Positions 14,005-23,619 of a DNA stretch of 53,178 bases are shown here, piece after piece. Both the position numbers and the translations under genes were made by a program. Source of the stretch: Selaginella moellendorffii (lineage: Eukaryota > Plantae > Lycopodiophyta); NCBI RefSeq assembly GCF_000143415.4, contig NW_003314465.1, positions 1 through 53,178 on the forward strand. Direction: 5' to 3'. How positions within the stretch are numbered: position 1 is the stretch's first letter; each line of letters opens with the position of its first letter. Under the pieces are notes generated by a model that saw nothing but the letters and a program-made list of their open reading frames with translations, did not search any database and had not been told where the DNA came from.

Positions 14005-14179
14005 TGTGAGTGCTTAGAATATGGAAAGGGAATACAGAAATGTGCATATCAATTAGCCCAAAAACCCTAGCTTATATACTGGAGCGAGTGGTCCAAATTA
14101 AAACCAATCCGATGGCTACCAAAATCCCACTATGCTAATATTAGTATACGGCATCATAACTGTACACTTGGCCCTCACA
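14005..14179 (-). repeat. 5' LTR (175 bp)
   Basis: tgtgag..ctcaca, adjacent to the PBS. Confidence 0.95.
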
Positions 14180-14277
14180 CATTGTGATATATTTTAGATA
14201 GCACAAAAGAAATTTAAAAAGAGTAGTATATTTTAAATAGCACAACAAATTATTTAAAAAGAGGAGTAGTACTCAAT

Positions 14278-14759
14278 GGAATTTAACAATTGGTTCCTCA
14301 AGGTATGGAAGAAACTAGAAACCTAGACAGATAAAATTGATGGATCAATTCCTCTCTCTCTCTCTCTCTCTCTCTCTTCATTTGTTTCTTTCTTTCTATG
14401 ATTTTGCAGAGTTGTCAAAAAAGGTACTTGGCATTGGCTTTGAGGTTCCCATAGGCAAAAAGAAACTCATTCACTCTGTACCACAACAGAACTTGCAGGG
14501 GTGAGCTTTTAAATGTTCTGAAGCTACTCTCTCTTGTTTTGACTTCCAGGTTCTGTGGATTCGAAAGGCCTGTAGGAAAACGTTTCACAAAGGTGCAGAT
14601 ATTCTCTCTACAAAAATCAACAATCCCGCCATTTTCTTCATCACATCTCCCAAGAATTGGGATAGCTCTCCAGCTTCCACTTGATCTCTGCCCACTTGAG
14701 ATGAGATGCATGGATCCTACAAGAAGCCAGCCGTGGACACCACGCTGTTGCATCTCCCG
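14278..14759 (+). repeat. Long inverted repeat, left arm (core; continues at 9113-9168 and 8901-9005 beyond the gypsy insertion)
   Basis: Reverse complement of 19453-20090. The MQQRGVHGWLLVGSMHL.. ORF appears on opposite strands in the two arms; outer matches include gagggcacaaaatc and ttgttctagctattt. Confidence 0.9.
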
Positions 14760-14880
14760 AGCTATTTTGTTCAAGATGTGTGGTATACCGACGTGAACTA
14801 TAAATTGCAGTGCAGGATCACATTCTAACTGATTTAATGCTAGAAGCAGCTATGATATCTGACAACTCCAAAATGTTGAG

Positions 14881-15600
14881 CCTTCGTGACTTCCAACGCA
14901 AGAAATTAACCAGCTAGGAAACCCAGAGCAGTTATTAAAGAAATACGTTCCATTTCTTTGTGAGGAGTGTCAGCAATCGCAACTAACACTGATACTCTTG
15001 AATTTTTTTTCATCTGTGCATAATTTAGGTTGATTATGTATCTCAGTTCGGTGCTGACCAGTATCTACGTCTGGGGAAACTTCTTGTATTGTGTAGGATC
15101 ATCTCGTTCTTGGACTCCAACATAATAAAATTCCATCGAGAAGAAATACTAATCTTCTCTATTGCAGGTTCGTGATAGTATTTATCTTATTTTCGCAAAA
15201 CTTTCCGGGAAGTTTACTGTTAATTCTCCTTGGGCATACTCCCGATGCTGTTTCTTTTCTTTTGGAAAGCTCAGTGTTTTACTTGTCGTCACTAACACTA
15301 ATACCAGATAGCACTACGCCTGTACAAGTACATAGCCTGAACATCCTAGCATGGTTTATTTCTGAAACTTCTATTTCGGACGAGAAGCAGTTACTGTTGG
15401 CCGTGGTTGGCTGCATTGTAGCTCTTGCAAGCACTTTGAAGGTAAATCTTGATCTCATAATTTAAACCAGTCTTAAATCTTTGTTTGTAGTCTGTGCCAT
15501 GCAGTGCTTTAAAGAAATCAAGCAGGAAGGTCAAGTCTTGAAGCTTTCTGTGCTTTTGCGAGCCATACATGACAATACCAAGAACTTCGTAAACAACAGG
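14881..15600 (+). pseudogene. Host gene fragment, HEAT-repeat-like (possibly UTP10/HEATR1)
   Basis: One frame with several stops: PEQLLKKYVPFLCEECQQSQLTLILLNF..VQVHSLNILAWF..KQLLLAVVGCIVALAS, followed by a GT..AG intron. The resemblance is recalled by eye only. Confidence 0.3.
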
Positions 15601-16014
15601 AGGTTTTTGTCATCCTTTCTTCATACTAGTCTGCTCATCGAATGAGAGCAAGACAATTAGAACATGTGGTACGTTTCATTAAGTTGCACCTCCGCCAACA
15701 ATTTCAATCTTTCTAAGAACTTCAGACATCTCCCACCTTGCTTTGTTGGTTCGATCCAGCTGAAAATTATTGACTTGCCAGAAGGAAAGAAAGCAGAAAA
15801 GAATTCCTTGATTTGTTTCGTTACATGTATACTTCTTTTCTTTCTGGCATGTCACCAGTTTTCTATGTTGGATCAAATCAATAGAGCAAGGCGGCTGTAT
15901 GAAAGATTGAGACCCTCTGCATTAGCTATTGCATCAACAACCCACAGATGTATGGCTAAGGGAGGGATGGAAATGAGTGGGATGACCATAACCTAAACGA
16001 GACGCAGACAAAGT

Positions 16015-16340
16015 TTAATACCTCACAGTCTCAATGGCTGCTTTGCCATCTAGTTTTGAAGCGTAGAACGATTGAAGGTAATTTCCATAGACGCTATCTT
16101 TGAAGCAAGCAGGCGCTTCGTCAGCGACCAGCTGCGCCAGCAGAGCAATGTGACTATCTTCTGCTGGCCCATAGAATGAAGCAATGGAGACCATAGAATG
16201 AAGCAATGGAGCAATGAGGGTGGCGGCCAGGCGGCGGTGCAAGAGCTTCCCTCGCGGGAGGGAGTTGGAATCACCACATTGGCGCAGAAGAGTCGCGATT
16301 TGGCGTGGAGATGCCTGCAGGAGGCACCGCGATCACTCCT
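16015..16340 (-). pseudogene. Chimeric fragment beginning with a PPR (PLS-class) N-terminal motif
   Basis: IATLLRQCGDSNSLPRGKLLHRRL; no in-frame ATG; joined to unrelated sequence at a 21-bp tandem duplication (16169-16211). Confidence 0.55.
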
Positions 16341-16798
16341 CTTGCTACTTCGCTGGATGTCATGGCAAAGACACACTCTCTCTCTCCATGATCCTGTGAA
16401 GAGCTTCATATGGATCATCACATTTTTTGTCAATAGCTTCACATAGGCACTAAACAACAGACATAAAGGAACTCAGAAGCAATCAGTCTTCTAAGCATCT
16501 TATCCTCCGGCATCAAATGTTGGATCAGTGATGTCCTTTTTGAAGTCTCGCTTGTTGTTTGAGGTGGGCACGTGCTCCTATTGGTGTTCATGGGGTGTTG
16601 CAAAGCTGTGGGCTCTCAATGTAAAGGGGATTTCCTTGGCAAAAGAGCTTGAAATTTTGGTGTGCTGTTTTTCTTGTTTTACCATTTTGTTTTACATGAG
16701 ACATGTAGGAAATCCTGAGCTCAAAAGTTCACTAAGATTTATTCGCATAAACTACACTTTGGCAGAAAAATTATAACATTTACTACAAAATACAATAA

Positions 16799-17386
16799 TC
16801 AGTTAAAAACAACCCATTCATCATCGAATGGATCTAGGACGTACAATTTGCCTTGCTTCTCCACACATTGTCCAATATTCCAGCGATGGGTAACTTTGGT
16901 AAAATCCACACACTTTGACAGCGCAAGAAGGAACGGGGTTACATCTGCCAAGAAGTGGTCATCCTTTGACCCCTCAAACTTTGGAGCCACCACCACGCTC
17001 TCTTGATGACCTTGGTAGAAGTCAATAATGTCATCCAGTGCCACCACCCGCTTGAAATCCCGAAACCCTACATGGTCAAGATTCTTGACTTTCGTCCCGT
17101 CCTTTAGAACAACGCAATTGCCACCATGTAGCCTCCTCGACACAAGCCCCCCAGTAGGATCCAGATGGTCAACCACAAGGTTGACATACTTCTCCTGGGC
17201 GGCACTAAACACCACGATATCGTACACTTTTGAAACCTTCCCCAGAAATTCATCTACGCCTGGTCTCTTCATGATGTGGAGTGGTGCATCATCGTCGAAT
17301 TCCATGCTGAAACTCACAGAAGAGACGAGATCCTTATGAGCGTATACCAGTGTATTGTCTAGATCAAGAATGAGTGTCTTCTTCAT
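16799..17386 (-). CDS. FCP1/SCP (NIF-domain) HAD-family protein phosphatase, 195 aa, single coding exon
   Basis: KKTLILDLDNTLV (DxDxT nucleophile motif), KRPGVDEFL, DIVVFSAA, LDP, VKNL, VVALDD, KFEGSKDD.L; ORF is intact. Confidence 0.93.
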   Translation of the reverse strand: MKKTLILDLDNTLVYAHKDLVSSVSFSMEFDDDAPLHIMKRPGVDEFLGKVSKVYDIVVFSAAQEKYVNLVVDHLDPTGGLVSRRLHGGNCVVLKDGTKVKNLDHVGFRDFKRVVALDDIIDFYQGHQESVVVAPKFEGSKDDHFLADVTPFLLALSKCVDFTKVTHRWNIGQCVEKQGKLYVLDPFDDEWVVFN

Positions 17387-17812
17387 GATACCCTAAAAAA
17401 TGACTCGTATTCCGTGGAAATGTAGAAGGGCCACAAAAGGTGACCAAAGGTGCCACGTCTGCCCTAAACTCTATCCGACGTGGCCTTTTTGTATTCTTGT
17501 ACCCTACTATTGGCAAAGCCCAAGGGAGCCGGAGGAGCGCGTCGATCCTCAATGCAGCTTAGATTCCAAATCTAGGGCTGCCGTGATCGTCTGGCAAGGG
17601 CAGAGGTGAGTGCGCTGCTGGTTTGCGGCCTACTGTTGGCGAGGCGGAAGGAGGTGAGCATGCAATTGTAGCAAGTTTGTTGTGAATCCATTGACGGACA
17701 GCTGATGTGCGCATTCTAGGCTCCAGCCGTTGGATAAGTGCAGTAACGACTCCTCAATCTCTTTTGTGCTTTCAGCAACGACTCACAATGTTAACACTGA
17801 CCAGAGTCCACC
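17387..17812. promoter_or_regulatory. Compact bidirectional promoter / 5' UTR region
   Basis: 426 bp between divergent ATGs; inverted ACGTGGC (ABRE/G-box-like) pair at 17452-17459 and 17477-17484; site-II AGCCCA at 17517-17522; likely 5'-UTR introns on both strands (acceptors at 17775+ and ~17393-). Confidence 0.55.
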
Positions 17813-19171
17813 ATGGAGAGGAAGAGAGCTGCTGGTCCGAAGAAACTACACACTCAGAAGCGATCCGACGTCATGCTCGAAAGGACCCGCCCACTGGATC
17901 CGATTAACCGAGCTCGATCAGGTTGGTCAAAACTTGAAACATCTGCACTTGTCTGACGAAGATCCTCGTTGAAGCAGGAGCAGGAGAAACTGATCATGAT
18001 GCATCCGCGTTGCAGGCTGCTCCTGACGCTGGTACGAAGAATTCCTTTTGTTGGCTGACACGACTCTTTGCTGGTTTGATTCATGACTTGCAGAATATGT
18101 TCGGCAATTCCTCGCAATGGCGCAACGCTTGGAGAGATTCAAGATGCTCTCGGCGAATGTTGTGAGCGGGATCGTGGAATCGATCCAAAAGGGAGGGGAC
18201 ACTCCAGTTGCAGCAGCAGGTGGATACAATAATTTCTCTCTTTGGCATCTTTTCGCTTCTGAGTGGCCCCTTGTCTCTCTTGTCCAGGCCGCTTCTGCAG
18301 CAGCTACGAAGTGCTCGCTTGTGTTGGCCAGGGGGCGTCCGGGAAAGTATACAAGTGCCGTAGCAAGGAGGACGAACAAATCTACGCCATCAAAGTCATC
18401 AAGGTTCGCACAGCAACGAAGTCCAGAGACCAGGATGTCGCGCTCGTCTTCAAGGAGGGAGAGATGCTCCAGCGCTGCGAACACCCCAACATAGTCAAAT
18501 ACTTCGACATGTGGAAGGAGGAAGGCGAGCCGGGCAAGTCGAAAGTGTACATTGTCATGGAGTTTTGTGGCCGCTCGCTCCAGTCGGTGCTCCTCGGCGG
18601 TGAGTCACCACCTGCAGATGCGTTTAGGCAGCTTCTTCAAGCTGTGGCGCATGTGCACGACAACGTGGGTGTTCATCGGGATATAGCACCACACAACATC
18701 TTCGTCACAGACGATGGACGCATCAAGCTGGGAGATTTCGGTCTTGGTAGGCAAATGAAACATCTCTTCCATCTCTCATTTGTTGGCTTACAGCTAAAAA
18801 TAAGGAGTCCATGCTCGAGACCGAAAATATCAAGAAGGGGAGAGCAGTTTACTACTCTCCCCAGCGCCGGAGCAACTCAACCTACACTGACATGCTTGCG
18901 CTTGGAGTTATACTCTTCGAACTTCATTGGAGGTGTCCCCCGGACCAGGTTTGGCTGCAGTTTGTGCAACGTGCTTGCTTAGTTTGGTGAATCTGTGTAG
19001 GAAAGGGAGTCGGTATTGATTGACGTCCGGGATGGCGTTTTACCAGCAGACTGGGCGTACCAACACCCATCAATTGCGCCCAAGGTGTTGGAGCTGGTCG
19101 CAGCAAGACGCGACCAGCGTCCATCCGCGCGCGACATCCTCTGCGATCCTGCCTGGCAATCTGTTTGGTGA
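17813..19171 (+). CDS. Stand-alone GCN2/eIF2-alpha-kinase-like Ser/Thr kinase, 6 exons, 357 aa
   Basis: Exons 17813-17921, 17978-18031, 18094-18219, 18288-18746, 18794-18948, 19001-19171. All introns are GT..AG (47-68 bp) and phase-consistent; start context ccaccATGG. Motifs VGQGASGKV, YAIK, KEGEML, IVKYFDMWKE, YIVMEFC, HRDIAPHNIF, IKLGDFGLAK, YYSPQ, DMLALGVILFEL, ERESVLIDV, RPSARDIL. The first two exons are less certain than the kinase core. Confidence 0.85.
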
Positions 19172-19452
19172 GTTTCTTTCATTACTCTGATTCTCTGCTT
19201 GGCTTCTAACATGTCTGTTTGCAGCTGATCGTTGTAGTTGTTTAGATTTACTTGCTCCTTTTTGTCATCTTTGTAGTCTTGGTCTTTTTCAGCATGCTGA
19301 TTTCGATTCAGAAATATGAATTCGTTGCCAGTTCATTGCATTTCTGCCAGGCCGAGTTGTTCTCGATCACGGTTGCTGAACAACTCAAGGGCTTCCGACA
19401 TTCTTGTAGTCAGGTTCGGTTCAAGGAACAGGATTGGTAAACAGCACATTGA

Positions 19453-20090
19453 CGGGAGATGCAACAGCGTGGTGTCCACGGCTGGCTTCTTGTAGGGTCC
19501 ATGCATCTCACCTCAAGTGGGCAGAGATCGAGTGGAAGCTGGAGAGCTATCCCAATTCTCGGGAGATGCGATGAAGAAAATGGCGGGATTGTTGATTTTT
19601 GTAGAGAGAATATTCGCACCTTTGACCTGTTGACCTTTTTACAGGGAAACGTTTTCCTACAGGCCTTTCTGAATTGAATCCAAGGAACCTGGAAGTCAAA
19701 ACAAGAGAGTAGCTTCAGAACACTCAAAAGCTCACCCCTGCAAGTTCTGTTGTGGTACAGGGTGAATGAGTTCCCCTTTTTTGACGAGTCTGCAAAATTA
19801 TAGAAAGGATGAGTCAAATGGAGAGAGAGAAATATATATATATATATATATGAATTGATCCAGGTTTGTTTTTTTCATACCTTGAGGAACCAATCGTTCA
19901 ATTCTACTGATTTCTTTGCATACTTGAATGCAAAGAATAACAAATAATGAAGCTAGGTGCTTGGTTAGATTGAGGCAAGTTTTCAAATAGCTAGAACAAT
20001 CTTTAGCTCTTTTAAGTTGTTTAGTGTTTAACCATCATGACATCAATCTTAAAACATGTCCAGAAGTTGGATTTTGTGCCCTCTAGATTA
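19453..20090 (-). repeat. Long inverted repeat, right arm
   Basis: Reverse complement of 14278-14759 plus 9113-9168 and 8901-9005. Confidence 0.9.
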
Positions 20091-20250
20091 ATGATGTTAA
20101 TTTTAGACTCTTTGTCAGTGTTAATCCTTGTAATTTATAGGATAATATAGAGTTTCTCAGTTTTATATTGTTTTTCAAATTTTACTTGATACTCTTCCAG
20201 TTCTAGATATGAGGCAAAATAAAGAACTTCATAGTTTTTATATGAAAATT

Positions 20251-22114
20251 TTAAAGTTTCAAATCATTATGACCGCCATCTTCAGTCTCCTCGCCATTGG
20301 CACCAACAGTGTTGACATTCTCATGGCCATCATCTTTGTCATTCGGCATGTCTTCATTGTTGCCTCTTGTAGCCTCTTGGTGGGTTGGTGTATAATCTGG
20401 CATCTCTAATTCCCAAGGACAAGCTTGCTTTATTGCCACTGGAAACTTCATTGTTGTCGGGTACATGCCTCCATCTCTCACACCATGCCTCAGGAGTCGT
20501 GTGCATACCGGTGTTTCGAGAGGAACACCTCTATATTAGAGATACCTATAATAGAATATAAACAAATTGAGTATAGTTGAGAAATTGTATGTTACCTAAA
20601 AGCCGCTCGACGCATGAAATAAAGTTGGCCAAGTTGTTTATCAAATGGAGTCGTGCTTGTGGCCTTCTTTGGCAGCCAGTCCTCTCCGAGTTTTATAAGC
20701 TTAGTGGTGATGAAGTCCTTGAATGGAAATTGCTCAAGATCATCCCCTATAAAAGGTGCTAGACACAGCTGTTATAAAAGCCATTGGATTCTTGTACCAT
20801 CTATTGGCATCTTGACGACCTCGATGATGCCGAATAAGTAATGCTAAATCATCACCATAATGGCTGCAGACTGCATCCTCGTTGAGATTAGCAAGAAACC
20901 AGATTTGCTCAATATCATGTACTAGGCTTCGTTTCTGCACTACAAATTATCCTAACTTGCAAAACACAAATTGTTAAAAGTGATTGAAGAGGGAGTGGTA
21001 CCTATGCATTAATTTTGTGGCAAGCTATCACAAGCTTTGCCACATCTAGAGATCCTCTCGTATGTACATGTCCAACCGGAACATTGATGTGATAGATAGG
21101 ATTGTCTCGGAAGCATTCATTGATGCACTTTATCTACGCACACCAGCGATGATTCCCGTCGATAATGTAGAACATTTTCCCCACAAATTGTTGAGTCTCA
21201 AGATGGCTCATAAGCATGTTGTAAAATTTGCGGGACTTCATTTTCCAAATGTCATCCCAAACCCTCTCGATTTCTGGTGACACCGAGAGGGTATTTGTCG
21301 TTCCTGGCTTGAAGACCCAAACAAGGAACATACCTATGTTTGTCCCAAGGCCATTATGTTTGTACAGACTATAGATGTTCATGTTGATGAAGTGTGGTGA
21401 AGCAGACCGAATGATGCTTGTCTGAGTGAATAGACATAATGGGATTTCTCGGATTATGTCTCCCGGGCCTTCCCACTTGAGAAACTCTAGAGTCGTGTGA
21501 ATGGCCTTTTCTTTGGTTCTCAAAACTGTCTCTTGGAAGCACTTGTCTACAATGTGTTTAAGTAACTCCACTTCTCTTTCAGATTCAGCTACACCTCCAG
21601 TAGCACCATTATCAGATCTAGCCCTCAGCTTGGGCCTAACACCCCCGTCAGGCGCACTTGGGCACTACTTTGTAATGTAGTTAGTTTCTGCCATATTTTG
21701 TGAATATGTTAAGAGTAGTGGCATTTGTGGTTGTGGCTGCAATGGTAGTGACGACAATCGCGCTGCTGGTGGTGATGATGGTGGTGGTAGTGGTGGTAAT
21801 AATGGCGATGATGGCATTGGTGGTAATGGTGGTGATGACGGTGGTGGTAATGGTGGTGATGAAGGTAGAGGTGGCAATGGTGGTGGCAGTGGTAATGGTG
21901 GTGGTGGTAGTGGTAATGGTGGTGGTGGTATCGATGGTGGTGGTGGCAAAAATGGGGGTGCATGTGGACTAGAGCTATCTGGTTGTGAAGACGGCAGAGT
22001 TGTCGCTATGGAAATCTCTATCTAAAGGTCAACTTGATTGTCGTCTTGGATCTCATCTTCCTCATGTCTTCTCTTTGATCCAACATCCTTCTCCTTTTGT
22101 AATTGCTTTCGTTT
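20251..22114 (-). pseudogene. Multi-exon ParB/Srx-motif protein with poly-Pro linker, decayed (probable transposon accessory gene)
   Basis: FVGKMFYIIDGNHRWCA motif; (CCA)n poly-Pro at 21770-21945; GT..AG introns; premature stops near 22022, 21665 and 21134 (the last two are Q and W in copy B); internal deletion at ~20767. Confidence 0.6.
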
Positions 22115-22149
22115 CTGAAAATAATATAAATTAAAAATGCATAAGAAGC

Positions 22150-22690
22150 GAGGACTTTGGGGCGTGGACTTGGCGTAGGAGCCGGTTCGCTGGCGAACTA
22201 GCCCTCCTCCCAATGCCAAGTCCAAGTGCCCTGGCTGGGCATTTGGCGCGGGCCGATTCGCTGGCAAACCGGCCCTCCTCCCAGCCCCAAGTCCAACTGC
22301 CTAGGTCAGGCACTTGACGTGGGCCGGCCAAGGTGCTTGGGGGAGGGCCGGTTCGCCAGCGAACTGGCCCGCCCCCAAGCGCCTTGGCCGGCCTGCCCCC
22401 AAGTGCCTTTGCCGGCCCCGCGCAGAGTGCCTGGCCTGGGCACTTGGCACAGGCACTTGGCACGGGTGCCGATTCGCTGGTGTACCAATGGCCTGCCCGG
22501 GCGGAGTGCCGGGCCAAATGCCCGGCCTGGGCACTTGGCAGCGGTGGTGCTGGGCAGCGGTGGCCCTGGGCAGTGGCAGCCCTGGGCAGTGGCGGCGCTG
22601 GGCATGGCATGGCGTGGGCGCGGCAGCACTGGGCATGGCGGTGATGGGCAGCGGCAGCCCTAGGTAGTGGCGGCACTGGACGTGGTGTGG
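22150..22690. repeat. GC-rich complex repeat with internal direct and inverted units
   Basis: Recurrent gccggttcgc..gcgaact, ccaagtgcc/ggcacttgg and ctgggcagtggc units; lies between a gtaagt donor (22713-) and a ttttcag acceptor (22115-). Confidence 0.7.
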
Positions 22691-23619
22691 GAGTGGAGGA
22701 GTAAAAAACTTACTCTTGGCGGCATTCTGTTCATCGCTGATGGATCCCATAGTCACTCCCAATCTCCCACTCTCATTACATTCTGCAAATATTTGCTAGC
22801 AATGTACAATTTCTATTCTATCCTAGATTTGATCACGTGACAAAGTCCTTTTGAGTTGTAATTTAATAATGGAGGTGTGCTTTAATATGACTATGCTATA
22901 ATGTGAAATAATGTCACAAATGCATGTGTTGAATTGATGATAGTACGAAATTATAAATGAGAATTATGTGTTTCTTGCAAGTAATAGTATCTTGTCAGAA
23001 AATATAAGATTATTAAATTGTAAGGTGTTATTTCCAAAGCAATGTATATAGATAATTTACTATAGGTGATAGATGGTATTACAAAGATGGAATATATTTA
23101 AATGAGTTCAGAAGAATATGACGATTTCTGGCTTTAATGAAGTACTGAAAATATGTACAATATTTAATTTGTTTGGCAACAGTTAGTTGATGGTAGATCC
23201 TAGAATAAAATCATTCATATCTTTCATATTATGGCATATGCTTGAGGTGATATTTCTTTCCGTTCTACCAAAAGTTAGTCCATATAATAAATTTGAGCAT
23301 GTTTTTGAATTCAATGTATACAGACTTTTAATATTGTACAACATAGTCCTATATACTTCATATAGAATTTATTATAACAACATTATTCAATGTTAGATCC
23401 TAGAATAAAATCGCCCTTTCTTTTCACATAATGGCATAGCACATGTTTGAGGTGACATTTCTTTATAAAAGTTTAAAGTTCCAAAACTTAAAGGCAACAA
23501 AATGGAGAGTTTCCTTTTGCATTACCAAAATCACCCACCGCTTTTTTTCTCTCAAAGTCTTATTTCAGAAAGTTTTCTTTGCCGACATTTTGATCTTTCT
23601 TTCAGTTCTATTTCATTGG

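Larger units (their letters stand above)
9174..14179 (-). mobile_element. Full-length 5.0-kb Ty3/gypsy LTR retrotransposon without chromodomain, defective
   Basis: 175-bp LTRs; 4-bp TSD catt/catt; PBS tggtggaggtaagggg (tRNA-Ala-like); PPT gagaggatgggatga. Gag with CX2CX4HX4C-like knuckle (ATG 13771); protease LVDTG (copy B); RT FIDDVLI; RNase H HVDASDIGLGGVL; integrase HDSP..GGHMG, SAYHPQSDG, WKGPY. Confidence 0.95.
1502..21776 (+). repeat. Large direct duplication, copy A (partner 26763-53178)
   Basis: The ORF track is collinear and near-identical between copies (offset 25264 in the left part, 23972 in the gene cassette). Both copies share nested insertions and disabling lesions. Confidence 0.95.

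Noticed and set aside
14415-14796. ORFs in the inverted-repeat arms (MQQRGVHG.. and ..STIPPFSSSHLPR..) as genes
   Set aside because: Frames are not conserved between arms (indels), there is no motif, and splice-like signals occur on both strands.
8887-20104. Target-site duplication around the inverted-repeat cassette
   Set aside because: Flanks ataatggctagttg and atgatgttaatttt match too poorly.
21700-21972. Poly-His and poly-Val ORFs
   Set aside because: Alternative frames of the (CCA)n poly-Pro linker of the ParB-like gene.
20251-22114. DNA methyltransferase fused to the ParB-like domain
   Set aside because: No DPPY/SPPY or FxGxG motif in the reconstructed exons.
22131-22762. Multiple overlapping ORFs of 100-180 aa
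   Set aside because: GC-rich repeat lacking stops; no recognisable domain; lies in a probable intron.
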